From NCBI GenBank assembly GCA_963842375.1, contig CAWJGB010000013.1, positions 170,665-234,664 on the forward strand: a stretch of DNA of 64,000 nt. The letters run 5' to 3'. Both the position numbers and the translations under genes were made by a program. The DNA comes from an uncultured Solirubrobacterales bacterium (GTDB taxonomy: Bacteria > Actinomycetota > Thermoleophilia > Solirubrobacterales > 70-9). This document shows positions 15,392-23,714 of the stretch, in pieces (within the stretch, counting starts at the first letter, position 1; every line of letters starts with the position of its first letter). The notes beneath the pieces were generated by a model, which had not been told where the DNA came from, made no database searches, and was given only the letters and a program-made list of their open reading frames with translations.

Positions 15392-15769
15392 ATGGATTCT
15401 TTGGTGAAGTGGCGTGGCGTAGCTGTCTTGGCGAGCGTTGCGGCACTCGTCGCTGCAGCGGTGGCGCTGATGCCCGGTGCGGCGAGCGCGGGCTCGCTCC
15501 AAAGCTGCCCAAATAAGACGGTGCCTGTCGAAGTATCAAACGGGCTTGGTGGAACGACGAAGTACAACGAACACATAAAGTCGATCTCCAGCCAGGGAGT
15601 CTCATGCGCAGCGGCTGACAAGTTCATCGAGAAGCTGCTGAACTCGACGACGGGTAAAGTCGAGGGCTACAAGTGCGAAGTGGGAAAATTCAAAGTGCCT
15701 CTCGGCTATTTCCCTGACTCTTGCAAGCGTCACGGGTCGAAGATCCAATTTGCACGTCACGGCGGTTAG
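15392..15769 (+). CDS. Small secreted Cys-containing hypothetical protein
   Basis: ATG 15392, 6 nt after ggagggg. Signal peptide VAVLASVAALVAAAVALMPGAASA. Four Cys. The local GC content is visibly lower. Confidence 0.7.
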   Translation: MDSLVKWRGVAVLASVAALVAAAVALMPGAASAGSLQSCPNKTVPVEVSNGLGGTTKYNEHIKSISSQGVSCAAADKFIEKLLNSTTGKVEGYKCEVGKFKVPLGYFPDSCKRHGSKIQFARHGG

Positions 15770-15943
15770 CCCAAGGCCGATCGGCCTTGGGCGATACCCG
15801 ACACGGTCGACTTCAGGCAGGTCACATTGACCGCCTGAAGCGTCCTGTGCGCTTACAAGCCTGATCACCGTTTTCACCTCGCAGGGTGACATCGGCCGTT
15901 TCGGCACTCCTACCGATGGATCCTTAATGGGGTCGCCCTGGCA

Positions 15944-16309
15944 CTACGGAAGATGGCGAACCCGGTTTCGCAGCGCATCGTCGGTCGGGCTTGCTTCAAG
16001 GAGCTCCTTCAGCGTCTTCACCCAGAGCGGGATCGACGCCTTGTTGCGCGGCATCGTCACGTCGCTGGTGAAGACCATGCCGTAGTGCTCCTCACCGGCG
16101 GCCTGCAGCTGGTTGTGGATCAGTTGGAAGTCGAGCACGTTGTTGCTTACGATGGCCCGCCTCTCGGCGGCCATACGGCGAGCGATCTCACGGTCAGCGA
16201 CAGCCTCCAGGTCGGGCCGATCACCCTTGATCGCTTGTACGTCCAAGCCCTTGCCGCGCAGCTCGCGAGCGATCTCCGGAGAGATCATCTCGTCGAGCAG
16301 GAGCTTCAC
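15944..16309 (-). CDS. DUF5615-like (PIN/Mut7-C-like) putative toxin
   Basis: 121 aa, MKLLLDEMISPEIARELRGKGLDVQAI... Its GTG start overlaps the stop of the upstream DUF433-like gene (gtga). Confidence 0.7.
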   Translation of the reverse strand: MKLLLDEMISPEIARELRGKGLDVQAIKGDRPDLEAVADREIARRMAAERRAIVSNNVLDFQLIHNQLQAAGEEHYGMVFTSDVTMPRNKASIPLWVKTLKELLEASPTDDALRNRVRHLP

Positions 16310-16732
16310 GCAAGCGCCTCTTGTCCGCGGCGCCAGAGTTCGCGCTCGCGCTCGGCGGCAAGGCGGGAGCGTTCAACCAGCTCGTCGATCTCGTCGGTGT
16401 ACTCGCCGTAGTAGCGCGCCGCGGCCTCCAGCTGCTCGACAGGGATCTTCGAGGTAGTCGGCGGCCTCCTCGACGGAGCCCTCGTTCTGACGAATCGTCG
16501 TGATCGCCTCGGCGACATCGAGGCGGGAGCCGATCAGCGCCGGTCGACGCCCGGCTGCCCCCTCCCGGAAGTAGATCAACGGGTGCTCATCGGAGCGGAT
16601 GCCCTCGTCGATGTAGCGTTCGGCCAGCGCCGTCTGGCCGGCGGCTGACTCAGCGGCGTGATCTTTGAGGCGCTTCACAGTGATCGGGTCGAAGCGAAAG
16701 CTGACGCTCTGCTTGCTCTGCCCACGAGCCAT
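16306..16732 (-). pseudogene. DUF433-like antitoxin with N-terminal RHH-like segment and an apparent +1 frameshift
   Basis: The frame from 16732 reads ...GRRPALIGSRLDVAEAITTIRQNEGSVEEAADYLE and then runs off. The next frame continues IPVEQLEAAARYYGEYTDEIDELV... to the stop at 16306. The span is 427 nt, which is 3n+1. Confidence 0.7.
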
Positions 16733-16754
16733 GATGGATCCTCCGTATTGTTGT

Positions 16755-16784
16755 GTATAGCGTAGTATAGTGAATAGTTATAAT
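16755..16784. promoter_or_regulatory. AT-rich divergent promoter/operator region: GTATAG direct repeats one helical turn apart plus TATAAT
   Basis: gtatag at 16755 and 16765, and tataat at 16779-16784. The region sits between the DUF433-like gene (minus strand) and the 16959 ORF (plus strand). Confidence 0.4.
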
Positions 16785-16958
16785 GAGAGATCGCGTCCGC
16801 TCGCAGCGGGCGCGCCAGGAAGTAGGGGGCGCCGGAAGCGACCTCGCGGCAGTGACACCCGTCGGCGCCGAACGGCTCTGCCTGCCTTTCGCCAAGGCGT
16901 GGAAGCGAAGGCGTCCGGGGAGGCGGGTTAAGTTCATCGTCAACCAAGAGGAGAACCG

Positions 16959-17276
16959 ATGGATGGGCAATTGCGCTACTCGGTGATGGGCGTCCAGGTC
17001 ATCGCAGCTATCGACCGGGGCGCTTCACACGCCGTAGAGGAGCTGCACGAGCAGATCGACAGCGGCAGTCTGTTCCTGTGGCTTCACGACAAGGAGCCGG
17101 AAATCGACCAAAGCCTCTATCAAGATCAGGATCGAGCGGCGATGCTGAAGTTCTTTCAGCGCCTGGGCAACACCGCCGACGCAAAACGCAAGTACGGAGT
17201 CGAGGAGAACGGACTGTGCCTCCTTCTCGCCTACTGCTTCGAGGGACTCCAGCACGAGGCGAGAGCTGATGGCTGA
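16959..17276 (+). CDS. Hypothetical acidic protein (orphan)
   Basis: 105-aa ORF with lower GC. Its stop overlaps the start of the next ORF (atggctga). No recognisable motif. Confidence 0.5.
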   Translation: MDGQLRYSVMGVQVIAAIDRGASHAVEELHEQIDSGSLFLWLHDKEPEIDQSLYQDQDRAAMLKFFQRLGNTADAKRKYGVEENGLCLLLAYCFEGLQHEARADG

Positions 17277-17547
17277 CGAGATAACGATCAGACGCCTGGC
17301 CCAGCGAGCGGGAGTATCGGGCACCGAGTTGCTCTCCACCGCAGGCCAGTCAGGCTTTGGCGATGCGTTGGAGATTCCGCTTGAGGCGAGGATTGACGAA
17401 TTGCTAGATGCGGCTGAATCGTCTGACCGACGAGCTGACAAAGCAGAAGATACGGCGACCCGGCTCTTTCGTGCCCACGCCGAAGAGCTGCGGGCCCTGG
17501 CGCGGCTGTACCTCAGGCGGCTGGCGGCTGCCGGGGAGGAGAGCTGA
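17269..17547 (+). CDS. Hypothetical protein with possible N-terminal HTH
   Basis: 92 aa, MADEITIRRLAQRAGVSGTELL... Translationally coupled to the previous ORF. Confidence 0.5.
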   Translation: MADEITIRRLAQRAGVSGTELLSTAGQSGFGDALEIPLEARIDELLDAAESSDRRADKAEDTATRLFRAHAEELRALARLYLRRLAAAGEES

Positions 17548-17717
17548 TGGCACGCGACACGCTCAAAGTGCCGGCCATCTGCTCACTCGCAGCGACAGCG
17601 CCGGTCGAGAGCTGGCACGGCAAACAGTAGGCCGACAACCGGGGGTCAAGGGAGATCGGCCCGAAGCTGGCGTCGCGCTGGTCAGGGTACGACCCCGGCG
17701 AGAGGCTGTGCTGCTGT

Positions 17718-18296
17718 TCATTTGCCCGTTGGGGACAGCTCATGCGCGACACGGACCAGTAGGGGCCTTATCCCGATGATAGATTCTTGGATGATTATGA
17801 ACAGGTCATTTCGGACTTGTAGGACTACCTCCCCGACGTCAGCTTCCCGGCTGATGAAGCCGTATGCGCGGGTGCCGATCCCGTGAATGGTGTACCGCGG
17901 ACTATTTAAGACGTTAGGCGCGTAGACGGTCAGGTTCTGATTTTTTGTGTGCTTGTAGAGCTGGGGGCCGTACACGCTCAGGATGTCCGAGCCGCCCCCT
18001 TTGGGTTCAGGGTCCGCTTGGGTACGTTCAGGGGGGACGTACTCACAGGTGGTCGTGTAGTTTTCAGTGTCCGCATTTCCTTTTTCAAACGGACTCACAC
18101 TCCCCAAGAGGGGGCCTTCGCTGACCGCCCCGGGAAAGTCGGCGATCGTGAGCAGTCCTTTACACGAGCGGCGAGGCAACAGCTTGGTGGGAGGCTTCGG
18201 CTTGTGTTTTGGCTTCGCGCCTGCACTGGGCGCGTAGATCACCAGACATCCCAAGACCAGCACCAAGATGGACAACATCCATTGTCTGCCGCGCAT
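17718..18296 (-). CDS. Secreted protein or lipoprotein, hypothetical
   Basis: N-terminus MRGRQWMLSILVLVLGCLVIYAPSAGAKPKHKPKPP, which could be a lipobox-like VLGC or an SPase I site after SAGA. Low-GC gene. Confidence 0.7.
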   Translation of the reverse strand: MRGRQWMLSILVLVLGCLVIYAPSAGAKPKHKPKPPTKLLPRRSCKGLLTIADFPGAVSEGPLLGSVSPFEKGNADTENYTTTCEYVPPERTQADPEPKGGGSDILSVYGPQLYKHTKNQNLTVYAPNVLNSPRYTIHGIGTRAYGFISREADVGEVVLQVRNDLFIIIQESIIGIRPLLVRVAHELSPTGK

Positions 18297-18556
18297 CGGG
18301 CGACGATAGCACGCAATCGCAGGCAGGCAGGCGCCAGCGAACGTTCCGACCGTTCCCTGACCAGCTAAGCAGGTTCGATGCTACGGCAGCAAAAATCTTC
18401 TTCCCGTTCACCTGTCTCCGGAAGCCAGCCGTATGTGAGTGTGGACAGCACGGCCCGATCCCCGAAGGATCTCGGATGAGTAAGTAGGTCGTTACGGACC
18501 CATAGGCTTCTTTCACTTCGTCCCCGAAGAGTAGTGGGCGATACGCGCGGACGGCC

Positions 18557-19276
18557 CTATGGGTAGCCGAGGTTCGCCAGGTACTCGATCCTGGCGTTGA
18601 TCGCAGCGCAGAAGTGGCGCCAGTCGAGCTGGAGCGAAGGCTCCTGCGGGCCCGGATCGTCCCGCGACGATACGAGATAGCAAACGGCGTCGTACAGCCC
18701 CTCATCGAGAAAACGCTGACCGGTGACTGAGAACCGCTGTTGGTAGGACTGACCCTGCCAGACCTCCTCCGCCGGGAACGGCCCGTTTCGGAGCCCTACG
18801 GAGTGCCGAGACTCCTCACTATCCTCCATGAAGAAGAAATAACCGAGCCATGGCGGCTCCGCGCCAACTAGCGAGCTGATGTTGGCACGCGACAGATCGG
18901 CGGAACTGCCGAGCGCCTCCTCGATTCTGTTGTTGTAGTTGTTCCCGAACGAGGGCCCGCCAAGCGCCTTTAGCTCGATCGCGGCAACCAACACTCCGCG
19001 GTGGACAACCACGAGGTCCCAATTCTTGGTCGGCCGGTAGAAGGCTGGTAGGACAACTCCCTTGCCCTTCGCCCCGATGGACTCAACCGGGTAGCCAGCG
19101 TCGGTGAAGAAACGTGAAATCAAGTTCACGACTGGATTGAATTGCCCGCCACCCCGGACCGCCTTGGAGGAACCCTCGGCTGTGGACTGGATCGCCTTGG
19201 CTGCCTCAAGCTGGTCATCCCTCGCTTGCCAGTACGCAGCGGTGGCAATCTCCAAGTCTTGACGCGTCGGAGCCAT
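18557..19276 (-). CDS. Type II restriction endonuclease candidate (partner of the upstream methyltransferase)
   Basis: 239 aa. Its ATG follows the MTase stop directly (tgaatg). Size and MTase-then-REase gene order match PaeR7I/XhoI-type systems. That family assignment is from memory only and is not sequence-verified. Confidence 0.6.
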   Translation of the reverse strand: MAPTRQDLEIATAAYWQARDDQLEAAKAIQSTAEGSSKAVRGGGQFNPVVNLISRFFTDAGYPVESIGAKGKGVVLPAFYRPTKNWDLVVVHRGVLVAAIELKALGGPSFGNNYNNRIEEALGSSADLSRANISSLVGAEPPWLGYFFFMEDSEESRHSVGLRNGPFPAEEVWQGQSYQQRFSVTGQRFLDEGLYDAVCYLVSSRDDPGPQEPSLQLDWRHFCAAINARIEYLANLGYP

Positions 19277-20932
19277 TCAGTCTTCGGGCAGCTCGTCGAG
19301 TCCGTACAAGCGAAGCGCCGTTTCAGTCGCTGCTGCCCTATCCCGTGCGTCGAACGCTCGAATGAGCGCCTCTTTGCCATCCACATCAACGGCATCCAGC
19401 TCCGGTACGCGGATTCGCCGAAGATACTGGGCCTGAAAGCGCAGGAAGCCGCCTCGCATCCTCACGGAGTAGGACTCGATGAACAGGTTTGCGACATCGC
19501 TCAACAGGATTCCGCCTAGGACGCGCAGATCCCAGCGATCGGAGGTGACCCAGTAGAGGTTATGGTGTGGATAGGTCTCACCAGCGTCTAGAACCGGAAA
19601 GATCGCCTCCTTGAAGTCCGGAAGGTAGAGCTTGGGTCTCTCAGCCAAACCCTGGACGATGCGGTCTATCGTCTTGTGCCAGGGGCCGTTCTTCGCTGTG
19701 TGGCGCTTGGCCAGCACGGGTCGGTATCGCCCCAGGTACTCAGCTAGTCGGGGCCAGTGGTGAAGATCGACGAGGCCCTCCGCATCCCAGGGATTGGCCA
19801 GCAGTTTCCCCGACCACTCGACCCGGCCTGAAACGATGTCGCGCGGGAGTGCCAGTGGGAGGAGTCTTTGCGGCTCGACGAGATCGGGGTCTTCGACTAT
19901 GAAGACCTTGTCGGCACCCGTTGCAATTCCGATTCCAACTCGGGTTCCAGTATCAGGATCCTCCAGTGGGGGAAAGGATGCCTCCAGATGGGCAAGAGCA
20001 GCAAGTCGCTCGGGGGACCCGCTCGGCCAGCTGGCCTGGCCTTGAAACCAGCCATGAAGGCGGGCGGCACGGTAACCGCGGCCGGCAGCGATCTCGGTGC
20101 TACCGCCACGGGCGAACCCTACGACCTCTCGGGCCTCAGGCTCATCGAAGCCAGGTGTGGCATCGATGACAAGAGGGCCGCGTGTCTGCCCCCCGCGCCG
20201 CAGGACGGTTACCGCAGGGTAGGCATCGACCTCATCCTCGAATGCGTCGACACCGGTCATCGAAACCAAGACCTCGACCGCCCATCCCTCGGTGACCATT
20301 GCGCGGAGGCGTGCGCCATAGGCATTGCGCATCCATCGGTCGGCACAGATGAAGCCAAGCACGCCGCCGTCGCGAAGTGCACGCAGGGCGTGCTCGAAGA
20401 AGCCCACGTAGACATCGGCGCGTCCGCCCATCGTGCCGCAGGCTCGGCGGTATGCGTCCGAACGCTCCCGGGGCACCGACTCCAGCCGGACATATGGCGG
20501 ATTCCCAAGCGCGAAGTCGACGGAGCGTTCGCGCGGCGGGTCCAACAGGAAGTCCCCACAACGAACCCACCGCCTGGAGAGCGCTTCCGCAAGGTTGCTC
20601 TCGACTCCGTCGGAGACCAGTGCGCTCTGGACAGCCAGGCGGCTGCTGTCGACGTTGTCCGGCAATAGGTCGAAGGCGACCAGAGAGTCGTGTGCGTCTT
20701 CGAGGCTCCTCTCATGCTCGCGAGCCGACCGCAGGAGTCGCTCGACCACCGGCACGAGGAAGGCACCCGACCCGCAAGACGGCTCCAGTGCTGTGGACGT
20801 CACCAGATCGCGGTCGGGAACGTAACCGGCAAGGTCGAGGATCAGCTCAACGACCCATCTGCGGGTGAACACCTCTCCGTGCTCCTCTGCACGCTCTCTT
20901 CCGGATGTTGGTAGAGGTCGGCTCGCTTTCAT
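19277..20932 (-). CDS. Gamma-class N6-adenine DNA methyltransferase (Eco57I/TaqI-like family)
   Basis: 551 aa. SAM motif LEPSCGSGAFL precedes the catalytic motif FALGNPPYVRL. N-terminal HGEVFTRRWVVELILD is typical of this family. Confidence 0.88.
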   Translation of the reverse strand: MKASRPLPTSGRERAEEHGEVFTRRWVVELILDLAGYVPDRDLVTSTALEPSCGSGAFLVPVVERLLRSAREHERSLEDAHDSLVAFDLLPDNVDSSRLAVQSALVSDGVESNLAEALSRRWVRCGDFLLDPPRERSVDFALGNPPYVRLESVPRERSDAYRRACGTMGGRADVYVGFFEHALRALRDGGVLGFICADRWMRNAYGARLRAMVTEGWAVEVLVSMTGVDAFEDEVDAYPAVTVLRRGGQTRGPLVIDATPGFDEPEAREVVGFARGGSTEIAAGRGYRAARLHGWFQGQASWPSGSPERLAALAHLEASFPPLEDPDTGTRVGIGIATGADKVFIVEDPDLVEPQRLLPLALPRDIVSGRVEWSGKLLANPWDAEGLVDLHHWPRLAEYLGRYRPVLAKRHTAKNGPWHKTIDRIVQGLAERPKLYLPDFKEAIFPVLDAGETYPHHNLYWVTSDRWDLRVLGGILLSDVANLFIESYSVRMRGGFLRFQAQYLRRIRVPELDAVDVDGKEALIRAFDARDRAAATETALRLYGLDELPED

Positions 20933-21132
20933 CGTCGACTGCTGCTATTCGGCGAACGTCGAGAGCGTATGGGAGTGCGCGGCGGTCGGGAGGTGCACGC
21001 AAAGTTGAGATCGTCGCGACGCACGTTGGCGAATCACCGATGCATCGCATCGCCGAGTGGCTTCAGCCCCAAACAGCTGACTGGACGCCAAATATCGCGA
21101 CTCAGCCATCGACCCAAAGACGGATGCCGCGC

Positions 21133-22056
21133 TCATATCGACCCCCTCACCTCAGAGTCCGCGAGCAGGCGCTCAATTCGCAGCGCCACCGGCGGGTGCT
21201 GGGAGGCATTGAAGAGGAGGCCCGGCTGGGGCGCGTCGAAGGGCAGCTCCTGATCGGTGAGGTGGCGGGCGAGATCCTCGGCCTGGCCGAGCGAGGCGGC
21301 GTAAGCGTCGGCGGCGTACTCGCGGGAGCGCCAGTACGCGGCCCAGAGGGGGCTGAAGAGCCCCTGGGCAAAGCCGCCGCCAGCGAGACGCAGCGCCCAG
21401 CGGGCGCAGGCCCAGGTGAGGGCGCCGCGGGGATCGTCGGGGACTCCCACCCCCTCTCCTCCCCCACTCCCGACCCGCGCCGGGGCGAGCGGGTCGTCCC
21501 ACAGCGCCAGCCGCTGCAGAGCCTCGGTGAGGCGACCGTCGAGGCTGTTGGCATGGCCAAGCTCATGAGCGAGGACCGCGGCAAGGGAGTCGGAGTCGAG
21601 CAGGGCGCGGCTGAGGATGACCGTGGCGCCTCGCACCGTTGCGCCCGGCAGCGGGTCGTCGAGTACGTGGCAGGCGGCCGGTCCGGGAAGGGCCCGATCG
21701 GCGCTGCGCAGCAGGGCGAGGGCGTCGTCGACGGTGGCCGCCTCTTCGGTAGTGAGGCGGCGGGCGCCGAGCTGCCGCCTCCACACCCGGCCGCGGCCGG
21801 GCAGGGCAAGGCCCATGACCGACCAGAGGATAGGCGCGAGAGCAGCGATCCAGGCGAGCGCCTCAGCGCTCAGCCCGAGGGGGATGATCGCCCCCACGAT
21901 CGCGGCGCCGAGGTAGGCGAGGAGCCAGCGGACCGGCACTCCCAACACGGCCTCCCCGGAAAGCGTCAGCACGTAGAGGCCGAGGCCGGCCGCGGTGGGG
22001 AGAATCGCCGTGGCGCGGGCGCGGTGTCCGTGAGCTCTCTCCGCCTGGGTGTGCAT
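21133..22056 (-). CDS. M48-family zinc metalloprotease, membrane-anchored
   Basis: HELGH zinc motif, a later REYAADAYAA segment, and N-terminal hydrophobic helices. The overlapping plus-strand ORF 20905..22119 is a shadow ORF. Confidence 0.85.
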   Translation of the reverse strand: MHTQAERAHGHRARATAILPTAAGLGLYVLTLSGEAVLGVPVRWLLAYLGAAIVGAIIPLGLSAEALAWIAALAPILWSVMGLALPGRGRVWRRQLGARRLTTEEAATVDDALALLRSADRALPGPAACHVLDDPLPGATVRGATVILSRALLDSDSLAAVLAHELGHANSLDGRLTEALQRLALWDDPLAPARVGSGGGEGVGVPDDPRGALTWACARWALRLAGGGFAQGLFSPLWAAYWRSREYAADAYAASLGQAEDLARHLTDQELPFDAPQPGLLFNASQHPPVALRIERLLADSEVRGSI

Positions 22057-22300
22057 GGGCGAGCCAAAACACGCTTGCGTGCCAAGATGCGAGGTCTGTG
22101 CGCCCAGGCGGAGGGATAGACGCGGTCAGGCGGGGGAGCTAGGCCGATTTTCGGACCGCGGCCTCGGGCATTATCTTGGCTGGGCAGGCGGGCCTCAGGG
22201 GGCGGATGGGGGCCAGAAGGTCGCGGGTCTTAAGTCTGGACCTGTTTAAGCCCTTCATCGCGGCGACCGCCCCCTCGACCATCAGCAGTCCAGGCGAACC

Positions 22301-23290
22301 GTGATCCCCTCGGCCTCCGGCGCGGATACCCTCACCCGAGTGCGCGTCCTGGTCGTCACCAACTTAGTGCCCGACGCCTCGGCCCCGCAGCGGGGGCGCT
22401 GGGTGCGGGACCAAGTCGATGAGGTGCGACGACGGGGCGTCGAAGTCGACGTCTTCGCCTTCCCGCGGGGCAGAAGCGAGTACGTGCCGGCGACGCGCCG
22501 GCTGCGGGCGCTGCTGCAGGGCAGACGCTTCGACCTCGTCCACGCCCACTACGGGCTGCCGGGCTGGTGCGCGCTACTGGCCGGGGCCCGGCCGCTGGTG
22601 GTCACCTTCCACGGCACCGATGTCCGCCACGGCCTCGTGGGGCCGCTGTCGCGGCGGCTGGCCTGGCGGGCAGACCTGGTGGCCGGCGTCTCGCGAGCGC
22701 TCTTTGCGCCGGAGGACGGCAGGCCGGGCCTGCCCCGCGTCCCCAGCGCGGCGGTACTTCCCTGCGGGCCGGACCTTGGCCGCTTCGTGCCGACGTTTCG
22801 GGCGCAGGCGCGTGAGGCGCTCAGCCTCGATCCCGACGGGCGCTACCTGTTCTTCCCCGCCGACCCGGGGCGGCCCGAGAAACGCCACGATCGTGCCGCC
22901 GAGTTGGCGGCAGCTTGCGGGGCGGATCTGTTGATCGGCGGCTCGATCGACCCCGACGAGATGCCGCTCTGGATCAACGCTGCCAACACCGTCCTCATCA
23001 CCTCCGAGTACGAGGGCTTCGGCCTCGCCTGTGTCGAGGCCCTGGCCTGCAACGTGCCGGTGCTCTCGACTCCGGTTGGCGTCGCCCCCTACGCTCTTGG
23101 TGGGATCGAAGGCTGCCTTTGCGCCCCGTTCGACGCCGCTATCTGGTGCTCCGCAGTCCGCCCTCACCTGGAGACTGCGGATCCGCGCGTCGCGGGCGCC
23201 AGCCGCGCCGCATCCCTCTCCGCAACGCGAATGGCCGAACGGGTAGTCGAGGCCTATCGTGACGTCGTCGCCAGCTCAGTAATAGATTGA
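22301..23290 (+). CDS. Glycosyltransferase family 4 (GT-B fold)
   Basis: VLVVTNLVP... near the N-terminus and SEYEGFGLACVEALACNVPV near the C-terminus. An alternative GTG start at 22340 (VRVLVVTN) is plausible. Confidence 0.85.
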   Translation: MIPSASGADTLTRVRVLVVTNLVPDASAPQRGRWVRDQVDEVRRRGVEVDVFAFPRGRSEYVPATRRLRALLQGRRFDLVHAHYGLPGWCALLAGARPLVVTFHGTDVRHGLVGPLSRRLAWRADLVAGVSRALFAPEDGRPGLPRVPSAAVLPCGPDLGRFVPTFRAQAREALSLDPDGRYLFFPADPGRPEKRHDRAAELAAACGADLLIGGSIDPDEMPLWINAANTVLITSEYEGFGLACVEALACNVPVLSTPVGVAPYALGGIEGCLCAPFDAAIWCSAVRPHLETADPRVAGASRAASLSATRMAERVVEAYRDVVASSVID

Positions 23291-23301
23291 GTTGGGCGAC
23301 G

Positions 23302-23688
23302 ATGACGATTGAGGGGACGAGCGGAGCAAGTGGCGAGGGCCTCGACGTACAGGTGGAGGAGGCCGAGCTCCGGTTACGGGCAGCAACGGAGGCGGCCGAA
23401 GCGGCCGAGCAACGGGCGATCGCCGAGATCCGCGCCTTGGAGGCCGACCTGGAGAAGGCGCGGCTCAGCGCCGCGGAGGCCGAGGAAGAGCTGAAGCTTG
23501 AGCGCGAGGCCAAGGAGCGAGCGATCGACGCCGCCGAAGGCCGCCTGGCCGAGATCGAGGCCCAGGCCGCGGCGGCGGAAAAACGCGTCGAGGCGGCGGT
23601 CGCCGACGGCGAGGCGCGTGCCCGCGAGGCGGCGGCAGCCTGGCTACGAGGCCAGGTCGAGTCCGTCCGCCGGAAGGCGGGGCGATAG
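23302..23688 (+). CDS. Ala/Glu-rich coiled-coil protein, hypothetical
   Basis: Heptad-like AEAAEQRAIAEIRALEADLEKARLSAAEAEEELKLEREAKERAI. Start at ATG 23302 or TTG 23287. Confidence 0.6.
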   Translation: MTIEGTSGASGEGLDVQVEEAELRLRAATEAAEAAEQRAIAEIRALEADLEKARLSAAEAEEELKLEREAKERAIDAAEGRLAEIEAQAAAAEKRVEAAVADGEARAREAAAAWLRGQVESVRRKAGR

Positions 23689-23714
23689 CCGCAGTCACCG
23701 AGTTCGACGTCGCC

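Noticed and set aside
20905-22119. 404-aa plus-strand ORF overlapping the M48 protease gene. Similar long antisense ORFs occur at 44925-46250, 32330-33535, 42090-42767, 62231-63208 and 60438-61325.
   Set aside because: The translations are Arg/Gly/Ala/Pro-rich with no motifs. They lie exactly antisense to genes with strong family signatures. This is typical of shadow ORFs in GC-rich DNA.
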